The translations under genes were made by a program, and so were the position numbers. Positions 36,297 through 45,117 of a stretch of DNA of 64,000 nucleotides are shown here, piece by piece. The stretch lies in the NCBI GenBank assembly GCA_036012755.1, contig DASCPX010000009.1, forward strand, positions 32,001-96,000. Reading direction: 5' to 3'. Position 1 is the stretch's first letter. Every line of letters begins with the position of its first letter. A model generated the notes under the pieces. The model was not told the DNA's origin. It saw only the letters and a list, made by a program, of their open reading frames with translations, and ran no database searches. The stretch is from Myxococcota bacterium. Its GTDB lineage: Bacteria > Myxococcota_A > UBA796 > CAJQPC01.

Positions 36297-38029
36297 GGTG
36301 GCTCGGAGCACTCGGCGGCTACCTACTGGTGGTCGTGTTGCTCACCTGGCCGCTGCCCATGGGCGGGAGTGTGCTCGGCTACCCCAACGTCGATCTGCTC
36401 GACACCATCACGCTGCGCGGCCTCTTCGCAGGGGGCGCGGCCTACTTCCCGGTCGGCTACCCGCTCCACCTGCTGTTGCCGAACGTGCTCGACCACGCGC
36501 TGGGCTGGCCGCTGGCGAAGCTCCTCCCCTTCCCGCTCTCCGACAACCTCTGGTGGCTGCTGGTGCTGGTCGGAAACGGCCTGGCGGGACACTGGATGGG
36601 CTGGCGGCTCAGCGGAGATCACCTCGTCGCAGCCTTCGCCGGTTGCGCCTGGCTGTGCTCCGACTGGCTCCTGCGCGAGGCCAACCTCCACCACGCCCCC
36701 CAGGCGCTTGCGCTGTTCGCGCCGCTGTGCCTGGCGCATGCCATACCGGCCCTCCGCGGTGGGAGCCGAACAGACGCACTCCTGGGCGGACTCTTCCTGG
36801 GGCTCGCGTCGGTCGCCTATTGGTACTTCGGTCTGTTCCTGGGCGTTGCGCTGCTCACCCAGCTGCGGCGGAGCACCTGGCGTCGGGCCCTCGAAGGGGC
36901 AGGCGTCGCCTTGCTGATCGCCGGTCCGTTGCTCGCGTGGACCCTGGCGCACGCCGCGCAGATGCCGCTGGCAGATCCGGCCGTGACGCCCGCGCCGCTG
37001 CAGGTCCCCGGAGACGTCTCGGCGCTGCCGGAGTCCATGCGCTTCGTGGCCCAGCACGGAACCGACCCCGCCCTGCCCTTTCGCGGGGAGCCGCTGGACC
37101 GCAGCAACCGGGTGCCGCTCGTGCTGCTCGGACTGGCCGCAGCAGGCCTGGTGCTGCGCCGCGAGTGGCGCCTGCTCGCCATGGCGCTCACCGGCCTGGT
37201 CTTCTCCCTCGGCCCCTTCCTGAAGCTCGGCGAGGACCTCGTGCTCGTCGGCGAGGACCCGCTGTCCCTGCCCTTCCGCTGGCTCGGCTCACTCCATCCC
37301 TTCCTCGAGCGTCTCCACTGGCCCGAGCGCTGGGGTCTGCTGATCCCGCTCGGGCTGATCCCCCTCGCGCTGAGGGTGCCCCGGGTGCAGCTCCTCACGC
37401 CGCTGCTGGTCGCAGAGGTCCTCCTGCTCAGCGGCAACGCGCCCCTGCAGACCTGGGACGTGTCCGACCTCGAAGGCTGGCGGGCGGTCGAGGCCGCGGA
37501 CGGGGCGGTGCTGGAGCTCCCCCTGAGCCGAGGTGGACTGGCAGCCCCGCTGGTGGGGCTTCACGCCCGCTACCACCGCCGGGCGATCGTGAACCCGCTG
37601 TTGCTGCCACCAGGGGAAGCGCCGCCAGAGGCCTGGCAGGACTGGGTGCACTCCCAGCCGCTGGTAGAGGCGATCCTGGAGCTCGAGAACGGCGGGAACC
37701 CCGGGGACCCCGGGCCCGACGCCGTGCGGTCGCTGGCGGAGGAGGGGGTCGGTGCGATCGCGCTGGACGCTCTCCCCGGCTCGGTGATGAAGGGCTCACA
37801 GGTCATTCGGAGCCGGCAGCAGCTCTCGAAGCTCCTGGGCGACCCAGAGGACCACGGCTGCGTGCTCGTGTGGTGGGTCAAGCCGCCACGCTGGCAGACC
37901 GAGCCGGTAGACAACGGCCACGCGTGGCGTGAGGGGGTGGAAGAGCGCTACGAGGAGACCGCGCGGCCAGAGCTGAACACGCTCATCGAGCCTGTGTGGA
38001 ACTCCCGGTTGGGCAAGGAGGACAAGTGA
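36293..38029 (+). CDS. Polytopic membrane protein, possible GT-C fold glycosyltransferase
   Basis: More than 10 TM segments, acidic first loop (PNVDLLD), FSLGP, WPERW and VLELP motifs. Confidence 0.6.
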   Translation: MRWLGALGGYLLVVVLLTWPLPMGGSVLGYPNVDLLDTITLRGLFAGGAAYFPVGYPLHLLLPNVLDHALGWPLAKLLPFPLSDNLWWLLVLVGNGLAGHWMGWRLSGDHLVAAFAGCAWLCSDWLLREANLHHAPQALALFAPLCLAHAIPALRGGSRTDALLGGLFLGLASVAYWYFGLFLGVALLTQLRRSTWRRALEGAGVALLIAGPLLAWTLAHAAQMPLADPAVTPAPLQVPGDVSALPESMRFVAQHGTDPALPFRGEPLDRSNRVPLVLLGLAAAGLVLRREWRLLAMALTGLVFSLGPFLKLGEDLVLVGEDPLSLPFRWLGSLHPFLERLHWPERWGLLIPLGLIPLALRVPRVQLLTPLLVAEVLLLSGNAPLQTWDVSDLEGWRAVEAADGAVLELPLSRGGLAAPLVGLHARYHRRAIVNPLLLPPGEAPPEAWQDWVHSQPLVEAILELENGGNPGDPGPDAVRSLAEEGVGAIALDALPGSVMKGSQVIRSRQQLSKLLGDPEDHGCVLVWWVKPPRWQTEPVDNGHAWREGVEERYEETARPELNTLIEPVWNSRLGKEDK

Positions 38030-38856
38030 GCAGCCTGTTTCGCGACGACCTGTTGAAGGGCAAGGTGGCGCTGGTCACCGGAGGGGGCACCGGCATCGGC
38101 GCGGCCATCGCTCGGGAGCTCGCGAGCATCGGCGCCACCGTCGTCATCGCCTCCAGGAAGGAACAGAGCGTGCGCCCCGCCGCCGAGCACATGGGTGTCC
38201 ACTGGAAGGTCTGCGACATCCGGGACCGCGAGCGCGTGACGGAGGTCTGCGCTGGGATCGTGGACGATCACGGCAGCTTCGACATCCTCGTGAACAACGG
38301 TGGCGGCCAGTTCTTCAGCCCGGCGGAGATGATCAGGCCCAAGGGCTTCGACGCCGTCGTGGGTACGAACCTGACAGGCACCTGGAACATGATCCGCGGC
38401 GCAGCCGATGCGTGGATGCTGAAGCACGGCGGCCGCATCATCAACATCACGATGTTGTCCCAGCGCGGCTTCACGGGCATGGCCCACTCCGTCGCCGCCC
38501 GCGGAGGCGTCGAGGCGATGACGAAGACCCTGGCTGTCGAGTGGGCCAACCGCGACGTGCTCGTGAACTGCATCGCCCCCGGGTACATCGGCTCCAGCGG
38601 CTTGAAGCGCTACCCGGTCGAGCTGGGCATCCTCCAGATGATCAAGACGGTCGTGCCCCTGAAGCGCCTCGGCACACGCAACGAGATCGCCTGGATGGCC
38701 GCCTACCTCGCCTCGCCAGCCGGCGCCTACATCACGGGCCAGACCGTCACGATCGACGGCGGCAAGGAGCTCTGGGGTGACCTTTGGCCGATCTCGGATC
38801 CTCCGGGCATGGGTCCGGCCGTGCCGGAGCTCGACCCCTGGGAAGAGGGGGGTTGA
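38026..38856 (+). CDS. SDR oxidoreductase (trans-2-enoyl-CoA/dienoyl-CoA reductase-like)
   Basis: TGGGTGIG, VNNGGGQF, AHSVAAR, NCIAPG, YITGQTVTIDGG. Confidence 0.9.
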   Translation: MSSLFRDDLLKGKVALVTGGGTGIGAAIARELASIGATVVIASRKEQSVRPAAEHMGVHWKVCDIRDRERVTEVCAGIVDDHGSFDILVNNGGGQFFSPAEMIRPKGFDAVVGTNLTGTWNMIRGAADAWMLKHGGRIINITMLSQRGFTGMAHSVAARGGVEAMTKTLAVEWANRDVLVNCIAPGYIGSSGLKRYPVELGILQMIKTVVPLKRLGTRNEIAWMAAYLASPAGAYITGQTVTIDGGKELWGDLWPISDPPGMGPAVPELDPWEEGG

Positions 38857-38866
38857 CCCCGGCGCG

Positions 38867-40390
38867 TCATGCGACCCGCTCCGTGACCAGCACCTGCCGG
38901 AGCACCTCGTCGACGTCCAGGGTAGAGAACGGCGGCCGCAGCCACAGGCCGTGTGCGGGCGGGGGCTGCTTCGCTCCGAGCAGCAGGACCACCCGCCCCG
39001 CGATGCCAGGGTTCCTCGTCCCGAGGAGATCCCGCACGTCGCGACCACCCAGGCCCGGCAGGTAGCGGGCGCAGAGCACCGCGTCTGGTTTCTCCGACTC
39101 GACCGCGGAGAGCGCCTGGCCCAGCGTCGTGCAGAACTGCACGTGGTGGCCTCCGTCGCGCAGCATCCCCGCAAGCGAGCTGGTGTCGCCTCCGCGGGGA
39201 TCGACGACAAGCACCTTGGCGCGGACCGGCTCCACTCCCTCGGCGGCGCCCGCCGGGAGCTCGATTCGATAGGTAGCGCCCCGGTTCGTGTCCTCGACGA
39301 CGGAGAGACGGCCGCCGTGCGAGCGCACGATGCCCGCGGCGACGCTCATGCCGAAGGCTGTGCCGCGTCCCGGCGCGGAGAGACCCCGGAGCCGGTCACG
39401 CAGGCCCGGCGGAACGCCGGTGCCCTGGTCTCGGACGTCGATGCGCACATAGCGACGGTCGAGCCGAGCCGTGATCCGGATCTGCCCCCGCCTGCCCATC
39501 GCGTCCGCTGCGTTGAGCATCAGCGCCGCGAGGACCTGCTCGATCTGGACCCGGTCGCAGGGCAGCGTCAGCTCCGGCGGGTCGACGTCGAGGACCACCT
39601 CGATCTCCTCGACGCGACGCCCGCTTGCCTCCCGAGCACCCATCAGCAGCTCGGCGACGGCGACCTCTGTGCGCTCGGCGACCTCTGGGCGCGCGAAGAC
39701 CTGGAGGTTGGCCACGATCAACGCGATGCGCCGAGCGTGATCCTCGATGAGGTCGTAGTGCCTGGCCGCGATGCCCGGCTCGACGTCGTCTCCGAGGGCA
39801 TCGAGGAGCTCGAGTCGCCCGAGGATGATCGACAGCGGCTCGTTGATCTCGTGGGACACGGCCGAGGCGAGCTCACCGATGAGCGCCAGCCGACGCGCCA
39901 CCTGCAGCTCCTCCTCCAGCATCTGGTAGACGCTCAGGTCGTGGAGCACGACGAGGTGGAGCTCCTCGGAGATCGAGCCGCAGCTCAGGTGGACCGGACG
40001 CCCGTCAGCGAGGTGCAGGTCGGCGACGCCGCCCTCGAGCACCCTCTCCAGCAGGCTGGGATCGCGGACGTGCTCGGCGAGCCGGCCCTTCAACCCGGCC
40101 GCCCGCGCCGCAGCGTTGCGCTCGCAGATGACGCCCTTGGCGTCCAGCGTCACCAGCATGTCGGGACACTCGTTCCACAGGGCTCGGAAGTGGGCCTCAG
40201 AGAGCTCCAGCGCTCGGTTGCGGAGCAGGACCGCCTCCTCGAGCGAGGTCATCGAGCGGCGCACCGCGACCTGGTCCAGCTCCTGCCCCCGCGCCTCTCG
40301 CTCGGCCCTTCGCACCAGCGCGTCGATCGTGCGCCGTGCAGCAGCGAGCTCCGCCTCGAGCTCCTCGATCCTGGCTTCACGCGGATCCAA
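38867..40390 (-). CDS. PAS-domain sensor histidine kinase with C-terminal atypical receiver
   Basis: PAS (HFRALWNECPDMLVTLD), H-box SHEINEPL, N-box LNAADA, G1 DQGTG; C-terminal VLVVDP...PDAVLCA. Confidence 0.85.
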   Translation of the reverse strand: MDPREARIEELEAELAAARRTIDALVRRAEREARGQELDQVAVRRSMTSLEEAVLLRNRALELSEAHFRALWNECPDMLVTLDAKGVICERNAAARAAGLKGRLAEHVRDPSLLERVLEGGVADLHLADGRPVHLSCGSISEELHLVVLHDLSVYQMLEEELQVARRLALIGELASAVSHEINEPLSIILGRLELLDALGDDVEPGIAARHYDLIEDHARRIALIVANLQVFARPEVAERTEVAVAELLMGAREASGRRVEEIEVVLDVDPPELTLPCDRVQIEQVLAALMLNAADAMGRRGQIRITARLDRRYVRIDVRDQGTGVPPGLRDRLRGLSAPGRGTAFGMSVAAGIVRSHGGRLSVVEDTNRGATYRIELPAGAAEGVEPVRAKVLVVDPRGGDTSSLAGMLRDGGHHVQFCTTLGQALSAVESEKPDAVLCARYLPGLGGRDVRDLLGTRNPGIAGRVVLLLGAKQPPPAHGLWLRPPFSTLDVDEVLRQVLVTERVA

Positions 40391-41513
40391 ACACGACCCC
40401 GGCCAGCGTGTGGTTCACGAGCAGCGGACCGAACTGCTCGCCGTAGGTGGAGAAGCCGGCGGCGGGCAAGAACAGCATGGCGTCGGCCAGCTCCGCCTCC
40501 AGGCCACGGGCTCTGGCCGCCAGGAGCCGCCCGCCGCAGTTGAACAACAGCGCGCCCGCGGGCTCGTCGAGCTCCGCGAGCTCACGGCTCATGCGGGCCC
40601 GGGTGTCCTCGACGAGGTCCTGGCCGTGCATCACCTGGAGGACGTCACCGTCCGCCACGGCGCCCCGCATCACGAGCGATCCATCGGACCCGCAGAAGGG
40701 GGACCGCATGAAGAAGGTGTCCGCGACGCGGATGCCAAAGCAGATGGATCCGGCCGACGGCAGCATCGGTTCGCTGGCGAGCGCGCCGCGGTCGAGCCCG
40801 GCGAGGTCCTCGTAGATGTGCTCGGCAGGCCAGCCGTCGAGCTCGTGCACGACGCGGGCGTCGGGGTCCGCTCGGGTGACGACGACTCGTCTCTGGCCCG
40901 GGCGGAAGTGGTGGACCGCGAAGGGGTGGAAGGCCACGCTCGGCTCGATCAAGGCCACCAGCGTCGCCGATGGCCATGCCCGCCCATCGAGGAAGACCGT
41001 GGTGCCCCCCATGCGCAGATCGTCTCCGGCGCTGCCGCCGACCAGGGAGAGTCCGGGCGCCGAGAGGCTCAAGGCGGCGACGACCCGCTCCTCGGCTCCG
41101 CTGAGACCATCCGTGAGCGTCAGGAGCAGGTGCCGCCCGGCGGAGAGCTCCTCGCGCTGGAGGCCCAGAGCCGCCGACAGCTTCTCCATGAGCGCCTCGC
41201 CCTCCGAGAAGACGAAGCCCGGGGTGTCCTCGACGACCTCGACCGCCAGCCTCGCCTGCGCGCCAAGGGCAAAGGCGCAGAGCCCGCCCGAGGTGAGGCC
41301 CAGCGGGCCGACCTCGCCCATGGTGGTGCAGCCGAGGGTGACGCTCCCGACGAAGGCCTCCGCGACCGCCTCGGCGAGGACAGCGCTGTCGTGCGCGGTC
41401 CCGTGGAAGACGAAGACCGCAGACCAGGAGCCGGGAAGGTCCGCGCGCAGCTGTTCGACTGCGGAGCGCGTGTCCGCCCGAACCGAGGCAGCGACAGCAC
41501 ACACGGAGGACAT
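40377..41513 (-). CDS. FIST (NosP-like) signal transduction protein
   Basis: GCTTMGEV, DGLSGAEE, GGSAGDD, LFNCGGR, GFSTYGEQ, VNHTL. Confidence 0.92.
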   Translation of the reverse strand: MSSVCAVAASVRADTRSAVEQLRADLPGSWSAVFVFHGTAHDSAVLAEAVAEAFVGSVTLGCTTMGEVGPLGLTSGGLCAFALGAQARLAVEVVEDTPGFVFSEGEALMEKLSAALGLQREELSAGRHLLLTLTDGLSGAEERVVAALSLSAPGLSLVGGSAGDDLRMGGTTVFLDGRAWPSATLVALIEPSVAFHPFAVHHFRPGQRRVVVTRADPDARVVHELDGWPAEHIYEDLAGLDRGALASEPMLPSAGSICFGIRVADTFFMRSPFCGSDGSLVMRGAVADGDVLQVMHGQDLVEDTRARMSRELAELDEPAGALLFNCGGRLLAARARGLEAELADAMLFLPAAGFSTYGEQFGPLLVNHTLAGVVFGSA

Positions 41514-41544
41514 GGCCAGCCTCCTCCTCCCGGATCCTACGCGA

Positions 41545-42021
41545 TCAGACCTCGACGCAGACGGCGTTGTCGACGATCTCGACCTGGAAAGTGGTGATGC
41601 TCTCGTCCACGGTCAGGCACTGACCCGTGCGAACGTCGAACTGCCAGCCGTGGTACGGGCAGGTCAGGACGTGCCCCTCGAGGCGGCCCTCTCCCAGCGG
41701 CCCCTCCATGTGCGGGCAGGTGTTCGTGCAGGCGTAGTACTCGCCGTCGACGTTGGAGACCGCGATCGCGACTCCGGCGACGATGATCTCGATGACCTGC
41801 CCGGGCTTCAGCGCGTCCTTGTGCAGCACGACCTCGAAGCCGTCTGGCGGGGTCACGTCCTTTGGAGCCTCGACCCCGAGGTTCAGCGCCTTCTCGGCGG
41901 AGTGTATAGGCCGCTCCGGCGCCGACTCCGAGGGGCAGTTGGAGCCTCCGCCCAGCATGGAGCGGACCTTGCTACGAAAGCCGTTCTCACGACCGAAGAC
42001 GATGTCTTTCAACAGGCTCAT
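41545..42021 (-). CDS. Rieske [2Fe-2S] ferredoxin with N-terminal extension
   Basis: CPHMEGPLGEG and CPYHGWQFD. Confidence 0.92.
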   Translation of the reverse strand: MSLLKDIVFGRENGFRSKVRSMLGGGSNCPSESAPERPIHSAEKALNLGVEAPKDVTPPDGFEVVLHKDALKPGQVIEIIVAGVAIAVSNVDGEYYACTNTCPHMEGPLGEGRLEGHVLTCPYHGWQFDVRTGQCLTVDESITTFQVEIVDNAVCVEV

Positions 42022-42030
42022 GACCCCAAC

Positions 42031-43860
42031 CTAAAACGCCGTGGGCAAGACGACGAGTCGACCGTCGGCTGGTGAACCGACGACGAGGTCCAAAGAGCCG
42101 TCCCCGTCGACATCTCCGATGGCCGCGCTCGCCCCGAACTCGGCCCCACCGAGGACCGTGGCCTCGGCGTCCACGGGGAGCGTGGTGGAGCGCGAAGCCA
42201 GGCCTTCGCCCAGGAAGACGTAGACCTCCTGGCCGTCCGGGTCGCCCACGACGAGATCACCCCGCCCGTTGGCGTCGAGATCGCCGGTCCCGACGATGTC
42301 CCAGTCCCGGGCGCTGGACCGGTCGAGCTCGATGCGGTCGTCGATCAGGGTCGCGGGCTTGCTGAAGAAGGTCCCGTCGGTCGGCACGAGGTGGACGCGC
42401 GTGGTGCCGGAGTCCTGGCTGACCACAGCGAGGTCGTCGCTGCCGTCCCCGTCGTAGTCGCTCACCACGGTCAGCTGCTGGCCGAAGCGCCAGTTGCTCT
42501 TGTCGCCCTTCACGCTGCTGATGTCGTCGACATCGACCACGGAGGATGCGCCGAAGGTCGAGCCGTCGAGCACGTAGATGGCACCCCCGTCGGGCTTGGA
42601 CACCTGGTCGTCCGGCGCGCCCATGACAAGGTCATCGACCCCGTCACCGTCGACGTCGAGGACCGCGAGCGCGGCGCCGAGCCCGTCCACCCCGCTGTCG
42701 GCGTCGTAGACCTTGACCACGAAGTCCTTTTCCAGGTCCGAGGTACCCGCCAGGTCCGCCTCCAGCATGAAGACGACCCCCTGGTCGCCCTGCCCCGAAG
42801 CCGAGCCGACGGCGACGTACCCGCCGAAGAGTGCGAGGTCGCCGTCCACCGCGAAGGCGGACTCGAAGAGCCCATCGGCTGCGCTGGCAGAGCCGGTCCC
42901 CTCGACGAGGCCGTCGTCGAGCAGCCAGACCGCGCGGTCGCCCGGAGCCGAGACAGCCAGCTCCTGCTTGCCGTCGCCGTCGAGATCGGCGACGAGGAGT
43001 GCAAAGCCGAGCCCCTGGTTCGCGCCGCTGGGCTGGAGCGACAAGCCCGCCTCGTTCAACCCGAGGCTGCCCCCAGGACGCCCGGCGATGTCCGCGCCGT
43101 CCCACCGCGCGAGGTAGCCGCCGCCGCCAAAGACGCCGCCGTAGTCCGGCAGCGTGGCGAAGACCTCTGCTCCGGCGTCGCCGTCGACCTCCGCGACGAC
43201 GAGCTGGCGGCCGAGATCCCCCGTCGTGGTCGCCTTGATCTCGACCGTGTCGGCGATGGCGGTCCAGTCCCCGTCCTCGGTGCTGTCGCAGTCGTTGTCG
43301 ATGCCGTCGACGATCTCGTCGGCGCTGGAGTTGATCGCCCCGTCCTCGTCCTCGCAGTCGAGGTCCTCGACGTCGTCGCAAGGATCGAAGCCCTGGGACT
43401 TGTAGGTGTCGTTCTCGTAGTCGCCGGTTTGGGTCTCGGACTTGGGGATGCCCTCGCCGTCTCCGTCGGCGTCGTAGTCGCAGGCCCGATCGCAGTCCTG
43501 GTCGACGCCGTCGTAGAACTCCTCGGTCCCGTCTGGGTTCACGAGGTGGTCGTCATCGTCGCAGTCGTCGCCGGTCGGGTCCCACCTCTCGCTGCGGAAG
43601 CCGTCCAGATCCTGGTCCATGTCGTTGTCGTCGCAGTCCTGGTCCGTGCCGTCGTACCAGATCTCGTCCCGGCCCGGGTTCACCGCCGCGTTGTCGTCGT
43701 CGCAGTCGACGTCGTCGGTGTAGCCGTCGTGGTCATTGTCCTCGGGCTGCGGTTCATCGCTGTCCGGGATCTCGGTGTCGCTGTCGTCCGTCCCGATGCT
43801 CCCTGTGTCGTAGACCACCACCGGTGACGGGCAGCCCAGGAGCCACAGCATCAGCGTCAT
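42031..43860 (-). CDS. Lipoprotein with MopE-related DCDD metal-binding repeats and FG-GAP repeats
   Basis: DCDDDNAAVNPG...DGTDQDCD-type repeats (x3) followed by DxDGDG..DL.VG.P repeats; MTLMLWLLGC start. Confidence 0.88.
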   Translation of the reverse strand: MTLMLWLLGCPSPVVVYDTGSIGTDDSDTEIPDSDEPQPEDNDHDGYTDDVDCDDDNAAVNPGRDEIWYDGTDQDCDDNDMDQDLDGFRSERWDPTGDDCDDDDHLVNPDGTEEFYDGVDQDCDRACDYDADGDGEGIPKSETQTGDYENDTYKSQGFDPCDDVEDLDCEDEDGAINSSADEIVDGIDNDCDSTEDGDWTAIADTVEIKATTTGDLGRQLVVAEVDGDAGAEVFATLPDYGGVFGGGGYLARWDGADIAGRPGGSLGLNEAGLSLQPSGANQGLGFALLVADLDGDGKQELAVSAPGDRAVWLLDDGLVEGTGSASAADGLFESAFAVDGDLALFGGYVAVGSASGQGDQGVVFMLEADLAGTSDLEKDFVVKVYDADSGVDGLGAALAVLDVDGDGVDDLVMGAPDDQVSKPDGGAIYVLDGSTFGASSVVDVDDISSVKGDKSNWRFGQQLTVVSDYDGDGSDDLAVVSQDSGTTRVHLVPTDGTFFSKPATLIDDRIELDRSSARDWDIVGTGDLDANGRGDLVVGDPDGQEVYVFLGEGLASRSTTLPVDAEATVLGGAEFGASAAIGDVDGDGSLDLVVGSPADGRLVVLPTAF

Positions 43861-43900
43861 CGGTCCTCCGAGGCACGCATCGTAGCCGAGCCGCTATACG

Positions 43901-44560
43901 ATGGCGTCAGAGCGAGGACTGATGATTCGAGATCGACTCAAGGGTGCCCTGCGCAAGGTGGCGCTGAAGGCCTTCGGCATGGAGCGCGAGGCATCCGACC
44001 GGACCACGGAGAAGACCAGGGGCTCGACGGAGTACGACCCCTCGAAGATCCCCAAGATCGTCAGCGGTAGCGGAGACATGCCCCTGGCCACCGATCAGGA
44101 GCTCATCGGCAGCACCTACCTCGCAGCGCAGCTGATCGGCGGCGTGCCCGGGACCATCATCGACACCCGGCCACCCGAGGAGTGGATGGCCGGCCACATC
44201 CCGGGAGCGCTCCTTCTCCCGGGGGACCAGATCCGGGGCCGGCCCGAGCTGTTGCCGGGGCCCTCCGACCGCATCAGCGTCTACGACGCCACGGGCGAGC
44301 AAGGCGCCTTCGGCGTTGCGGAGAAGCTGCGTGAGCAGGGCTTCCGGGTCTGCCGGTCCCTTCAGTCGGGCTGGGCCGGCTGGATCGAGCACGGCGAGCC
44401 CGTCGAGAAGCCGGAGGCCCGGGCCGGACACAACCTGGGTGACTCGGTCGAGACCAACGACGGGCGCCGAGGGGTCATCCAGGGATTCGGGCAAGGCACC
44501 GTCGATCTGCTCTGCGAGGACGGACCGGCGTTGGGAGTGGCCGAGGCCGAGCTGAAGTGA
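43901..44560 (+). CDS. Rhodanese-like domain protein (non-catalytic Asp type)
   Basis: IIDTRPPEEWMAGHIPGA, VYDATG, LQSGWAGW. Confidence 0.85.
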   Translation: MASERGLMIRDRLKGALRKVALKAFGMEREASDRTTEKTRGSTEYDPSKIPKIVSGSGDMPLATDQELIGSTYLAAQLIGGVPGTIIDTRPPEEWMAGHIPGALLLPGDQIRGRPELLPGPSDRISVYDATGEQGAFGVAEKLREQGFRVCRSLQSGWAGWIEHGEPVEKPEARAGHNLGDSVETNDGRRGVIQGFGQGTVDLLCEDGPALGVAEAELK

Positions 44561-45117
44561 TCCTCCTGGCCTCTGCCTGCTCCACGACCCAAGCGGGCCC
44601 GATCCTCTTCGCGGCAGCGTCCACCCGCGTGGCGGTCGAGGAGGCGCTGTCGGACTGGGAGGGCCCGCCGGTCAGGGCGTCCTACGCCGCCAGCTCGATG
44701 CTGGGACGGCAGATCGAGGCCGGCGCTCCGGCGGACGTCTTCCTCAGCGCGCACCCGGAGTGGCTCGAGGGCGAGGTCTTCCTGCGCAACGAGATGGTGC
44801 TCGTAGGGACCATCACCGACTGCGTCATCGTCGCGGACGAGCATGTTCCGGCTGGAACGTACGCGCGCCAGGGGCTCGGAGAGCAGAGCTACGTCTCGGC
44901 CGCCGACGCCTCCGCGGTCGTGGTGATGTACGAACAGGCCCACTGCAGCGCCGCGGCCATCTACCGCACCGATCTCCAGGAGCCCTGGGAGGTGACCAGG
45001 GTCCTCGCCACCGAGCCCATCGAGTACCCGATGGCGGCGCTGACACCGGAGGGTGAGCGGCTCGAGGCTCACCTCCGGGCCCGACACGAGGTCTTCGTGG
45101 AGCACGGCTTCCGCTGA
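44557..45117 (+). CDS. modA: Short molybdate-binding protein ModA-like
   Basis: FAAAS, SYAASSMLGRQIEAGAPADVFLSA, VPAGTYA, IEYP. Confidence 0.8.
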   Translation: MILLASACSTTQAGPILFAAASTRVAVEEALSDWEGPPVRASYAASSMLGRQIEAGAPADVFLSAHPEWLEGEVFLRNEMVLVGTITDCVIVADEHVPAGTYARQGLGEQSYVSAADASAVVVMYEQAHCSAAAIYRTDLQEPWEVTRVLATEPIEYPMAALTPEGERLEAHLRARHEVFVEHGFR

